Below, in pieces: positions 19,411-29,282 of a DNA stretch of 64,000 bases. The DNA is taken from contig JAKPMO010000023.1 of the NCBI GenBank assembly GCA_029548865.1, forward strand, positions 11,453-75,452, in the 5' to 3' direction. The notes beneath the pieces are model-generated. The model worked only from the letters and a program-made list of their open reading frames with translations, was not told where the DNA came from and made no database searches. This DNA comes from Caldisericota bacterium (GTDB lineage: Bacteria > Caldisericota > Caldisericia > JAAYUI01). A program made the position numbers and the translations under genes. Every line of letters starts with the position of its first letter. The stretch's first letter is position 1.

Positions 19411-20697
19411 TCACACCCAGCCACGAAGCCTGCAGGCTTCAGCGACTCTGGAGACAGCGATCATGTAGGCTGCGTCTCTCATGTAGATTTTCTTCTTGGA
19501 GGCAAGCGATGCAACTTCGTGGAATGCGCTGGTCATCTTGGTGTCGAGCTTGTTGAGGACTTCATCCTTTTCCCAGAAGTAGTTCATGTTGCACTGGACC
19601 TGTTCGAAATAGGAGCAGGTGACTCCACCGGCGTTGGCAAGGAAGTCCGGGATCACGAAAATGCCGCGTTCGTGGATGACCTTGTCTGCTTCTGGAGTGG
19701 TTGGGCCATTGGCGCCTTCGCCGATGATTTTGACTTTCTTGGAAATCCTATTTACGTTTTCGCCAGTGATCTGGTTTTCAAGTGCTGCTGGGATGAGTAT
19801 GTCAACTTCCTGTTCGATCCATGCATCACCTGCAAGTACCTGATACCCGAGGTCTTGGGCTTTCTTCTTGTCGATTCCGCCGAACCTGTCGGTGATTTTC
19901 CTGAGTTCATCAAGGCTTACACCAGTTGACTTTTTGAAAGTGTATGAAGTCTGGTCTTCCTGGCTCCAGCAGGAAACGCAGATGACTGTTCCGCCGAGTT
20001 TTGTGTAGAGATCAACAGCGTACTGGGCAACGTTTCCGAAACCCTGAACTGCTGCTGTTGTGTTCTTTGGGTCGATTCCCATGAGCTTGAGGGCTTCCCT
20101 AATTGTGTATACAACGCCATAACCTGTTGCTTCGGTTCTGCCCTTTGATCCGCCCATGCCAACTGGTTTTCCGGTAATGACTCCCGGATACCTGGCGCCT
20201 GTGATCTTCTCATACTCATCCATCATCCAGAGCATGTGCTGACCATTGGTCATCACGTCTGGTGCCGGGACGTCCTGGAGCGGTCCGATATTGATGGCAA
20301 CCTGGCGAACCCAGCCCCTACAAATCTGTTCCTGTTCCCTCATGCTGAGATTGTGTGGATCGCAGATGACTCCACCTTTTCCGCCACCAAGAGGAATATC
20401 TACAACTGAACACTTCCAGGTCATCCATGTGGCAAGTGCCCTTACTGTGTCTGCAGTTTCCTGCGGATGGAAGCGAATTCCACCCTTGCATGGTCCACGA
20501 GCATCATTGTGCTGAACCCTGTATCCCTGAAAAACTTTGACTGAACCATCGTCCATGCGGACTGGAATGCGGATGTGGTACTCTCTCTGCGGAAAGCGGA
20601 GAAGCTGCCTGGTGCCCTCATCCAGATCAAGCATGTCGGCTACCTTGTCAAACTGCTCCTGGGCCATCTTGAATGCATTGAAACCCTTCTCTGACAT
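19411..20697 (-). CDS. gdhA: Glutamate dehydrogenase (Glu/Leu/Phe/Val family)
   Basis: GPCKGGIRFHP, GGGKGG, DVPAPD, TGKP, QGFGNV, EGANGPTT, PDFLANAGGV. Confidence 0.95.
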   Translation of the reverse strand: MSEKGFNAFKMAQEQFDKVADMLDLDEGTRQLLRFPQREYHIRIPVRMDDGSVKVFQGYRVQHNDARGPCKGGIRFHPQETADTVRALATWMTWKCSVVDIPLGGGKGGVICDPHNLSMREQEQICRGWVRQVAINIGPLQDVPAPDVMTNGQHMLWMMDEYEKITGARYPGVITGKPVGMGGSKGRTEATGYGVVYTIREALKLMGIDPKNTTAAVQGFGNVAQYAVDLYTKLGGTVICVSCWSQEDQTSYTFKKSTGVSLDELRKITDRFGGIDKKKAQDLGYQVLAGDAWIEQEVDILIPAALENQITGENVNRISKKVKIIGEGANGPTTPEADKVIHERGIFVIPDFLANAGGVTCSYFEQVQCNMNYFWEKDEVLNKLDTKMTSAFHEVASLASKKKIYMRDAAYMIAVSRVAEACRLRGWV

Positions 20698-21081
20698 TTT
20701 ACAACTCCTTTTTTATTTTAGCCCCCTCATTTCTTTGGAGGCAATGATACCTTTTAAACCCGAATCTTTATTAGTCCAATGGTACAAAGAGTCAAGGCCT
20801 ATTTTGTTGGCAAATGGTTCTTTTGTAAACCTTCTACATAAATATTGTACATGCCTTGTAGTACTTTATGTTAAATATTTTATGGGCATTGACAAAAATA
20901 TATTATTGAATGTCGCTGTGAATCCTTGAATTTGTGAAACTGGTAACGATTTGCAAAATACTGCGCATCTGAGTTTGGGAAGTATGACACAATTAAACTC
21001 GTGAAAACTGTTTTAATCACTTTTTAAAGTGCCGCCTGATGAAAACCGAGAAAAAACCTCTTGAAAACGCTTGGGTGTCAA

Positions 21082-22575
21082 TCAATCCGGGTCCCAGTCA
21101 ATTTTGGCAGTTTTTGTTTGGCTGTTCCAGCCAGTTGTTGCGCCAAAGAAATCAGATATTGCCCTTATTGGGACAAGCGTCCTCCCGTCTATCACAGTTG
21201 GTGCCACATCGAGATTCACCTGTTTGCCATCCACTGTGGCCGTGTTCTCCCCGAGCTTCATAGTAATCGTTTTTGAGAGCCTTGTTATAACTATCATTTT
21301 TGTTTTTTGATTCCAAACAATACTGGCCCCGAAAGCATCAGAAATGAACCTGAGCGGGACCATGACCCTGGAGCTTATTATTTTTGCTGGTGAATCAAGC
21401 TGAAAGGCTTTTGAATTTATTGTTGCCTGTTTCGATCCGGTAACCAACGACACTGAAATGCTTGGATCTGTACTGACAGAAATAGGAACAAATACGAGCT
21501 GGCAAGCACCCTTGGGGAGTGCAACCAGTTTTGTATTGTGTGATTTGCCATATGGAAGGAGGCTTGCATTGATGGTTACCAAAATCTCCCTGCCCTCTTC
21601 CGTGGATTTTGGATCAAATTTTAGCCAACCGTCATTGCATACCATCTCAAACTTTGGGGAACCAAGCAAAATCAGTTTTTTTGTGAAAGAGGTTCCCCTT
21701 GGAGTGTATCCAAAATCGATATTTTGTGGTAAGGATTTTGCACAAACCGGTACATCAGCCAGGATCGTTGCCCCGATAGGAAATTCGTGTTTTATTCCCT
21801 TGCCGTACAGGGTTATTCTTGACTGGACCACCTGGTTTGGTTTGGCGAAATTCCAGTTGATACCGAATTTTATTGCAACTGACCCACCTGCTTGCAGAGA
21901 GAACTGGGGGCCATTTTGAATGACTACCCACGGCTGGCTTGAACTTGCAGTAAAGAAAATATCGGATTCGGTGTTATTTGTTGCGATGATACTCGCATAA
22001 ACCTGCGATGCTGGTATTGTGTTTTCGAAATCAACAATGAGGGGAATAGTTGTTATATCGTTGCAAGTATCGCATTCCTGGATGATCTTGTCCACTGAGA
22101 TGTAATATCTGGTTCTTTTCACGTACAAATCTGCTTCACCAATGATTTGTCCAGAATCATCGATTGCCTGGGCCTTGATTATGGATTTCCCAAAAGGGAC
22201 GTCGTTTTTATCAAAAGCAGTCCTAAAATTTCCTTTTCCTGTGTTTGCGGTGGTAGGTGTAATATTCCCTCCATCAGCCGATAGCTTGAGTGTGCACAGT
22301 GGAGGGTCTTTTTCCATGGTTCTTACTTGTACTATGAATATTTGGGATTGCGGATTTATGAAGTCCAGGTCAGGATGTATGCAGTAGGTGCATTTTGTGG
22401 ATTTGGAATTCAGGGGGGCTTGAAAAGTATTGGCAAATTTGCCAATATTAATAGCTATGCTGCCATCAGGCAAAGCATTTGCTATGGTAGCGTTGATTGA
22501 CAACACAGCAATGATAAGCGCCGTGGCCAAATGAAATCTCTTCGGTTCTTTGCTCACCGCTAGCATTTTATACAC
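21082..22575 (-). CDS. Secreted protein with BACON-like Ig domains and C-terminal copper-amine-oxidase-N (stalk) domain
   Basis: RVMVPLRFISDAFGA.I.W and GRTLVPIRAIS; signal peptide; exact start uncertain. Confidence 0.8.
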   Translation of the reverse strand: MYKMLAVSKEPKRFHLATALIIAVLSINATIANALPDGSIAINIGKFANTFQAPLNSKSTKCTYCIHPDLDFINPQSQIFIVQVRTMEKDPPLCTLKLSADGGNITPTTANTGKGNFRTAFDKNDVPFGKSIIKAQAIDDSGQIIGEADLYVKRTRYYISVDKIIQECDTCNDITTIPLIVDFENTIPASQVYASIIATNNTESDIFFTASSSQPWVVIQNGPQFSLQAGGSVAIKFGINWNFAKPNQVVQSRITLYGKGIKHEFPIGATILADVPVCAKSLPQNIDFGYTPRGTSFTKKLILLGSPKFEMVCNDGWLKFDPKSTEEGREILVTINASLLPYGKSHNTKLVALPKGACQLVFVPISVSTDPSISVSLVTGSKQATINSKAFQLDSPAKIISSRVMVPLRFISDAFGASIVWNQKTKMIVITRLSKTITMKLGENTATVDGKQVNLDVAPTVIDGRTLVPIRAISDFFGATTGWNSQTKTAKIDWDPD

Positions 22576-22617
22576 CTCGGTGTCGTTGTGGTCAACACAA
22601 AGTTTTTTGGAGGCTTC

Positions 22618-23403
22618 ATGAAAATCGTAGTTTGCATAAAGCAGGTCCCTGATCCTGAAAAATTCTCGGCAGGCTCTTTTGAAAGAGACTGGAGACTTTC
22701 GAGAGATTCATATCCAAAAACTACTAATCCAGTTGACAAGAATGCGCTGGAACTTGCTCTCCAGCTAGCTGGCCAGGACCCGGTGGAGGTAATTACTGTT
22801 GGTCCGGAGAGCGCCAAGGAAGCATTGAGAGAGATGCTTTCGATTGGCGCGTCATCAGCAGTCCACGTCAAAGACCCAGCGCTTGAAGGGGCTGACTTGC
22901 TCTCAACCACCATTGCACTTTCTGCAGCGATCAAAAAGAGGGGGCCTTTTGATGTAATAATCTGTGGCAAGCAATCCACAGATGCCGGAAATGCCTCCAT
23001 TCCTTCCATGCTTGCAGAGATGCTTGGGTTGCCTTCATCCACAGGATGTGAGAAGGTCGAATTCGTGGATGGAAAACTTTTTGCTTACCAGCCAGGCGAC
23101 CTTGGGATGGTGGTCTGGAAAATTGAGCTTCCATGTGTTTTATCTGTTACAAAAAACATCAACACGCCAAGACTCCCATCACTTAGGGGAATGACCAAAG
23201 CGATGCAGACTGAAATAGTGATGTATGACCTGCAAAGTTTGGGAATAGAAAGTTTGCCGGAGGGCAGGTTGCAACCCGGCAATATTATAAGTTCAAAACG
23301 AATCACCAGGGAAATAACCACCCAGATTTTTGAAGGTGAAACATCGCAGATTAAAGCTGCCGCGCTTTTGATGTCGCTTAGAGAAAAGGGGTTGATCCAG
23401 TGA
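22618..23403 (+). CDS. etfB: Electron transfer flavoprotein beta subunit
   Basis: MKIVVCIKQVPD, ICGKQSTD, NTPRLPSL. Confidence 0.93.
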   Translation: MKIVVCIKQVPDPEKFSAGSFERDWRLSRDSYPKTTNPVDKNALELALQLAGQDPVEVITVGPESAKEALREMLSIGASSAVHVKDPALEGADLLSTTIALSAAIKKRGPFDVIICGKQSTDAGNASIPSMLAEMLGLPSSTGCEKVEFVDGKLFAYQPGDLGMVVWKIELPCVLSVTKNINTPRLPSLRGMTKAMQTEIVMYDLQSLGIESLPEGRLQPGNIISSKRITREITTQIFEGETSQIKAAALLMSLREKGLIQ

Positions 23404-24365
23404 AGTACATGTGGACGATAGGCGAGTTTGAGAATGGCGTTCTCTCTGAAGCGACAGCAGAGGTTTTAGGGTGTCTCTCCCCGGTGCAGGACAACCAGCT
23501 TGCAGAATCTAATCTTGTTCTGGTTGGTTCCAACCTACTGATGCATGGTTCGGTTTTTGGAAGGCTTGGCCAACCGGTTACCATCCTCATTGAATCGGAT
23601 GATCTTGCTGATCTCGAGCCAGGAATTGTCGCCAGAGAAGTTGCTGATCTGGCCCAGAACAGAAAACCATCGATTATCGCACTCCCTTGCACAGTTTGGG
23701 GCTCTGATGTTGCAGCTAGAGTAGCAGCAAGGCTGAATTATCCTCTTGTCACTGACGTGGTTGGACTTGATGCCACAGAAGACATGATAACTATTGAAAG
23801 ACTCTCATTCGGTGGCCAGAACAAGGCAATGATCAGCCTCCCGGCAGAGTGTGTTGTGACAATCCACAAGAGGGTTTTCAGCCAACCAAGACCAGCAGAT
23901 ATAACAGCAACACTTGAAAGGCTGGAGGCCGCCACATCAAAAGCTGATATCAAGAAGGTTATTGAGAAGGTACTTCCACTCTCTTCTGAAGGTCCGGCGC
24001 TCATTGACTCACCAGTCATTATTTCGGGCGGCAGGGGTATGGGATCTCCGGAGAATTTTAAGCTGATAAAAGAACTTGCCAAAAAACTTGGTGCTGCATA
24101 TGGTGCCTCCAGAGCAGTCGTTGATTCCGGATGGATAGACTCCTCTCACCAGGTTGGTCTGACCGGCAAGGTTGTCTCTCCAAGGCTCTACATTGCATGT
24201 GGAATATCAGGTGCTGACCAGCACCTCGCCGGAATGAGGACATCTGATGTCATTGTTGCAATAAACCGTGATCCGGATGCGCCAATATTCAAGGTAGCCT
24301 CCTACGGCATTGTCGGGGACTGTGTTGAGACCCTTACGCAGCTGATTGAGCAACTTGGCAAGTAG
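23400..24365 (+). CDS. etfA: Electron transfer flavoprotein alpha subunit
   Basis: SGGRG, GASRAVVD.GW, QVGLTGK, GISGA.QH.AG, AINRDPDAPIF. Confidence 0.93.
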   Translation: MKYMWTIGEFENGVLSEATAEVLGCLSPVQDNQLAESNLVLVGSNLLMHGSVFGRLGQPVTILIESDDLADLEPGIVAREVADLAQNRKPSIIALPCTVWGSDVAARVAARLNYPLVTDVVGLDATEDMITIERLSFGGQNKAMISLPAECVVTIHKRVFSQPRPADITATLERLEAATSKADIKKVIEKVLPLSSEGPALIDSPVIISGGRGMGSPENFKLIKELAKKLGAAYGASRAVVDSGWIDSSHQVGLTGKVVSPRLYIACGISGADQHLAGMRTSDVIVAINRDPDAPIFKVASYGIVGDCVETLTQLIEQLGK

Positions 24366-24394
24366 CAAATAAAAAAAACCAGTAGAAAATAAGA

Positions 24395-24419
24395 TGGGCC
24401 AGTTTTGTGCTGGCCCGTT
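24395..24419. terminator. Probable bidirectional terminator between convergent operons
   Basis: TGGGCCAG...CTGGCCCG followed by a T tract. Confidence 0.65.
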
Positions 24420-24438
24420 TTTATTTTTGAAGGAAATA

Positions 24439-24969
24439 TTATCTTTTGAAAATATTGTTTCCTTTGCTATCTATTGCAACTATAGCTGGAAAATCCTCTA
24501 CTTCCAGTTCATAGACTGCCTCTGGACCAAGCTCTGGAAATGCAAGCAGTTTCGCTTTCTTCACCTTTTTTGCAAGCAGTGCCCCTGCCCCTCCGAGTGC
24601 CACGAGATAAACACCACCGAAATCAACAAGGGTTTTTGTGACCTCTTGCCCCCTTGGCCCCTTCCCGAGCTGTGCTGCAATGCCAAGCTCGAACATTGTT
24701 CTTGTGAAAGGGTCCATTCTTGAAGATGTTGTTGGCCCGCAGGATCCAATCGGAAAACCTGGTGGTGCCGGTGACGGGCCTGCAAAGTAGATTATTGCCC
24801 CTCTTGGATCAAACGGGAGTTCCCTCCCTTCCTGCATCATTTTTAGCATGGCTTTGTGGGCCGCATCTCTGGCTGTGTAGATTGTTCCAGTGATCAGAAC
24901 TTCATCACCACAGGCAAGATTGGCGAGGGATTTTTTTGAGAGCGGGGTTGTTAGTCTGTGCTCCTTCAT
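24439..24969 (-). CDS. Class I fumarate hydratase / tartrate dehydratase beta subunit
   Basis: TARDAAH, GPTTSSRMD, GKG, ELGPEA. Confidence 0.92.
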   Translation of the reverse strand: MKEHRLTTPLSKKSLANLACGDEVLITGTIYTARDAAHKAMLKMMQEGRELPFDPRGAIIYFAGPSPAPPGFPIGSCGPTTSSRMDPFTRTMFELGIAAQLGKGPRGQEVTKTLVDFGGVYLVALGGAGALLAKKVKKAKLLAFPELGPEAVYELEVEDFPAIVAIDSKGNNIFKR

Positions 24970-25793
24970 ATCTCACCCGTTGCCTTTCTTGCGGCGTGGC
25001 ACTGGATGTTTACTGCAACTGGCATTGTCGCAATATGACAGCCTGTTGATAGTATGTGCACATCCAGAACTGAAATTTTGCCGCCAAGCCCCGCCGGGCC
25101 GAAGCCAAGATTGTTGCACAATTCCAGTATCTCTTTCTCCATGTCACCCAATTCTTCAGATCGGTTCTCTGCCAGCAGGGCCTTTTTTGCCAGCAAGGCG
25201 CACTCTTCAATTGTTCCACCGAAACCTATCCCGACTGTTACTGGTGGACAGGCCGAAGGACCATTCTCCCTGACTGTTTTGACAACAAAATCGACGATGC
25301 CCTGCTTTCCTTCGTATGGTTTGAGCATTGCCAACCTGCTTGCATTTTCGGAGCCACCCCCTTTGGGTGTGACAGTGAGCGTTATTTTGTCACCATCAAC
25401 AATTTGTGTGTGGATTATTGCTGGAGTGTTGGTTTTTGTGTTTGTTCGGTCAACGCACGAATGCAGGACAGATGGCCTCAAATGGCCTTCGCTATACCCT
25501 TTGGCAACGCCATCTTTTATTGCCTCATAGATGTCAAAATCAAGGTGAACATCTCTGCCTGCCTCAAGAAAAACAACTGCAAGTCCACAGTCCTGGCAGA
25601 TTGCCAGCCCGGTTTTTTCAGCGATCTTATAGTTTTCGATTATCTGCGATATGAGTTTTTTCCCAAGCGGGGATGTTTCATTCTCAAGTGCCCATTCGAG
25701 TTTTTCTTTTTGGTATTTTGGGAGCACGAGATTCGCTTTGATGCACAGACTGGCAACCAGATCAACGAGCCCTTCCCTTTTTATCGACTTCAT
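24966..25793 (-). CDS. Class I fumarate hydratase / tartrate dehydratase alpha subunit
   Basis: ICQDCG, NTKTNTPA, PKGGGSEN, ACPP, GPAGLGG, CHIA..PVAVNIQCHAAR; start 25793 or 25811. Confidence 0.92.
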   Translation of the reverse strand: MKSIKREGLVDLVASLCIKANLVLPKYQKEKLEWALENETSPLGKKLISQIIENYKIAEKTGLAICQDCGLAVVFLEAGRDVHLDFDIYEAIKDGVAKGYSEGHLRPSVLHSCVDRTNTKTNTPAIIHTQIVDGDKITLTVTPKGGGSENASRLAMLKPYEGKQGIVDFVVKTVRENGPSACPPVTVGIGFGGTIEECALLAKKALLAENRSEELGDMEKEILELCNNLGFGPAGLGGKISVLDVHILSTGCHIATMPVAVNIQCHAARKATGEI

Positions 25794-25843
25794 CAAGTCA
25801 AATGATAGCATCTTTTGGCTTTTTGCAAGCCAGCAAACTGTGA

Positions 25844-28800
25844 TCAGCTGTTTTCGACACCATCAAGCTTAACTGAAACGACCCTTGAGGTTCCGGTGGT
25901 GTCAAGCGTTATGCCGTAAAGCGCATCGCACCAGCGCATGGTTTCCTTGTTGTGTGTTATGACAACGAACTGCGTTTGCTCTGCCTCATTCCGGAGCAAC
26001 CTCGTAAATCTTTCTATGTTGCTGTCATCAAGGGCCGCATCCACCTCGTCCAGGACGCAAAACGGCGAGCTTTTTGTCTTGAAGAAGGCAAACAGCAATG
26101 CAAGGGCGGCCAGGGTTTTCTCACCCCCTGAAAGGGCGTGGAGTGTCTTGAGCTTTCTGCCTGGCAGGATAAATTCGACCTCAATCCCCTCGGTTTGTCC
26201 GTTTTCCCCGGTGATCCTGCGCAGATTGCCTATTGCACCGGCAAAGAGTACGTCTGCAAGCGTCCTGAAATGGCTCTCCACCGAGCGGTAGGTCTCTTCA
26301 AAAGTTTTTTTTATCCTCGTTTCCACTTCGGATAGCGACGATCTCAGGTTTGCTTCGGTATGTGCGAGATCGGAGAGCTGGCCGTTCAGAAAATCCAGTC
26401 TTTCTTTGGCTTTCACCGCCTCGTCCTTGGCGGCCATGTTCACGGCGCCGTATTGGGCGAGTTTTTGTGCTGTAATTGACAACTCGGTTTTGGTTTCTTC
26501 AATATCGCAATCATCAATGGGATCAGATGGTTTTCCACCCAACTCGGCTATTTTTGAGAGGAGGTCTTCCCTTCTTACTTTCAGCTCCACCTGTGAGAGC
26601 TCTATCTGGTGAAGGTCGTTGTTGTATCTTGCCAGTCTTGCCCTAACATTTTTTGTCTGGTTTTGCCTTTTTTCCTGCTCTTCAAGTATCTCACTTTTTG
26701 ATTTTTGTATCTGTTTTTCAATACTTTCTGTGTGCAGGATGGTCATTTTTGCGGTGTTGAGTTCCCTTTCAGCCTCGATTATTCCAGTCTCCAGCTCCCT
26801 TGCATCTTTTTCTGCCTGGGTGGTGGATTCTGAAAGCTTGAGCAGCCTTGTTTTTCCTTGATCAAATTCTGATACCAGTTTTTCTTTTTCTCTCTGGGAG
26901 TCTTCAAGGTTCTTTTGGGCCTGCATTTTGGTTTCTCTTACCCCGGCAAGCCTTCTTTCAAATTCAACCTGTTCTTCCTGAGTCCTGAGTCTTGTTGCGT
27001 CAAACTCGGAGAGTTTTGCACCGTTGGCCCTTGTCTCCTCGACGCAGGCCCTGAGTCTTTCGGCAAAATCCTCCTTGTCTTTTTCGCATGTGGCCATTTC
27101 TTTTTCGTACTGGGTGAGGGACTCTGCCAGTTTTGCAAGCTCGGAAGCCCTTGCCTCGGCCTGCCTTGCCTCGGCCTCTTTTTTTGCCCTGAGTGCTGCC
27201 ATCTGGCTGGACAGCTCCAGCTCTTTCTTGGACAATCCGGCCATTTCCTGCTGGGCAAGTTTCTGTTTTTCCCTGGCCTCCTTGAGGCTGGTTTCCAGTG
27301 CTGTTTCCTTTTCTGAGAGCCTGTCCAGGTTTTCAGCTGAAAATTGCATTTGGGTCTCTATTTGTGCTTCGCTGGTCTTTTCGCTGAATTGCAGGAAATA
27401 TGTCCCTCCAAAACATATAAACCCGTCTCTTGAAACCACTATGTCGGAGTCCTTTCCAAATGCATCCAGGACATTTTCTGAAACTGAAACTGTTTTGTTG
27501 TCGATGGCTATTGTTGCCCCAGAATTTAGAGGTAGTTTCTTTGCCACCTCAAGCAGATTATTCTTGCTGGCGATGATCCAGTCCAGCTGAGACCTTGCGA
27601 GGTCCGCATCCTCCTTTGAAAGCCCCGAGAGATCTGCTGTTTTTGAGAGAATGGGTTTTCCAAGTTTTGATGGTTTGAAGGCCATCCCGTCAAGTATTTT
27701 TCTTAATTTCTCAACTTCTTTGGCTGTCTGGGTTTTTTCAGCCTGCACAGACATCAGTTCACCCTGTATTTTTTGGGCATTATCAACGAATGATGCAAGC
27801 TGGCCCTCCAGCCTTGATCTTGAAATTCTTGTTTCTTCAAGCTCCCTGTCAAGGTTTCTGTCATCTTGCGTCTGCGGGAAGGTTGTTTCTTCAAGCTCCC
27901 TTGTTCTTGATTGTGCCTGCCTCTTGCGTTCGGTGAACAGTACCAGTTTTGATTGCATCTCCTGAAGCCTTGATCTTGCATCGTCGGCTTGCCTTTTTGA
28001 CTGGTCAAGTTTTGTCTGAATGTTCTGGCGTTCCTTTTTAAAATCTGTCAGTTCTGGCCTGGCTTTTTCGGTCTCTTCCAGTTCTTTTTCGCATTTTGCG
28101 AGGTAGACAGAGCGTTTCTCAATTTCCTCCTCAAGTTGTGAAAGGTCATAAACGAGCTGTTTTTCACGCCTTTTCAGCGATTCTTCTTCGAGGGTGGAAT
28201 TGCGCAATGTCTCCTGCGCTGTGGCAAGGCTTGCCCTCATATGTTCCAGCTGGGCTGTTGCCCTGGTTGAATTGACGATGGCACTTTCCCTTGTTGCCAG
28301 CGCCGCAGACCTTTCCTTCTCGAGTTCATCTAGTTTTGCAGAAAAATCCTCAACTTCCTCAAGTTTGTCTATCTCGGCCTGGGTCTCCTTGCGTTTCAGC
28401 TCCAGCACCTTTGATTTAGACTCAAGCGAGTTTGATTCAAAGACATTTTCTCTAAGGTCGACAAGATGGAGCTGGAGTTTGAGGTGGCCCAGCCTGTCTG
28501 TTAGAACCTGGTATTTTTCCAGCACCTCCGCCTGGCGGGCAAGGTTTTCGTATTGGTACTCCGATTCGCTTGCATGGGCAGAGATTTTCTCCATCTGGAT
28601 TTTGGCCTGGTCCAGTTTTGATTCGACAGAGCGTTTTGTCGTCCTGAGGACATCAACTCCGGCGAGTTCCTCGAGCACTTTCAGCCTTTCGGCAGGTGTT
28701 GCTGAAATTACCTGCTCGACTTCTCCCTGGCCAACGACCGAGTAGGTCTGTTTTCCCAGTCCGGTTCCCCTGAAGAGGTCTTCAATGTCTTTCAGCCTGC

Positions 28801-29155
28801 ATTTTGTGTCATTTATCAGATACTCGTTTTCCCCGTCCCTGTAGCACCTTCTGATTATCTGGACGAGTGATTGTTCAATCGGATATTTTCCTTCCCTGTT
28901 ATCAAGCGATATTGCAACTTCGGCCATACCGAGGGGCTTTCTTGCTCCGAAACCAGCAAAAATTATGTCGGTAGGATTTGATATCCTCAACAGCCTTGCC
29001 GTGTGCTCTCCTATCCCCCACCTTACAGCGTCGACAAGGTTGCTTTTGCCGGAGCCATTTGGGCCAACCACGGCGGTCAATCTGTGGGAAAGCCTTATTT
29101 CAACGCCTTCGGCAAAGGTCTTGAATCCTTTTATTTTTACCGACTTAATGGACAT
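25844..29155 (-). CDS. smc: Chromosome segregation SMC ATPase
   Basis: GFKTFA, VGPNGSGKSN, Q-loop, long coiled coils, GAVN, LSGGE, VLDEVDAALD, ITH. Confidence 0.93.
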   Translation of the reverse strand: MSIKSVKIKGFKTFAEGVEIRLSHRLTAVVGPNGSGKSNLVDAVRWGIGEHTARLLRISNPTDIIFAGFGARKPLGMAEVAISLDNREGKYPIEQSLVQIIRRCYRDGENEYLINDTKCRLKDIEDLFRGTGLGKQTYSVVGQGEVEQVISATPAERLKVLEELAGVDVLRTTKRSVESKLDQAKIQMEKISAHASESEYQYENLARQAEVLEKYQVLTDRLGHLKLQLHLVDLRENVFESNSLESKSKVLELKRKETQAEIDKLEEVEDFSAKLDELEKERSAALATRESAIVNSTRATAQLEHMRASLATAQETLRNSTLEEESLKRREKQLVYDLSQLEEEIEKRSVYLAKCEKELEETEKARPELTDFKKERQNIQTKLDQSKRQADDARSRLQEMQSKLVLFTERKRQAQSRTRELEETTFPQTQDDRNLDRELEETRISRSRLEGQLASFVDNAQKIQGELMSVQAEKTQTAKEVEKLRKILDGMAFKPSKLGKPILSKTADLSGLSKEDADLARSQLDWIIASKNNLLEVAKKLPLNSGATIAIDNKTVSVSENVLDAFGKDSDIVVSRDGFICFGGTYFLQFSEKTSEAQIETQMQFSAENLDRLSEKETALETSLKEAREKQKLAQQEMAGLSKKELELSSQMAALRAKKEAEARQAEARASELAKLAESLTQYEKEMATCEKDKEDFAERLRACVEETRANGAKLSEFDATRLRTQEEQVEFERRLAGVRETKMQAQKNLEDSQREKEKLVSEFDQGKTRLLKLSESTTQAEKDARELETGIIEAERELNTAKMTILHTESIEKQIQKSKSEILEEQEKRQNQTKNVRARLARYNNDLHQIELSQVELKVRREDLLSKIAELGGKPSDPIDDCDIEETKTELSITAQKLAQYGAVNMAAKDEAVKAKERLDFLNGQLSDLAHTEANLRSSLSEVETRIKKTFEETYRSVESHFRTLADVLFAGAIGNLRRITGENGQTEGIEVEFILPGRKLKTLHALSGGEKTLAALALLFAFFKTKSSPFCVLDEVDAALDDSNIERFTRLLRNEAEQTQFVVITHNKETMRWCDALYGITLDTTGTSRVVSVKLDGVENS

Positions 29156-29163
29156 CAGAAAGC

Positions 29164-29192
29164 ATTTTAGGGCCTGGCCGCTTTTCAATCAA
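29164..29192 (-). promoter_or_regulatory. smc promoter, leaderless
   Basis: TTGATT-17nt-TAAAAT-8nt-ATG. Confidence 0.6.
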
Positions 29193-29282
29193 TGCTTGAT
29201 TAGGTTTGGCAGTTTTGGTACGATCTAGTCGTGTTTAGAACAAACATTTTCACTGTTCATTCTGTCCTCAAGGAGGGGAGCA

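Noticed and set aside
20700..21080. Riboswitch or Rex site upstream of gdhA
   Set aside because: Only a half-site (TTGTGAA); no recognisable aptamer
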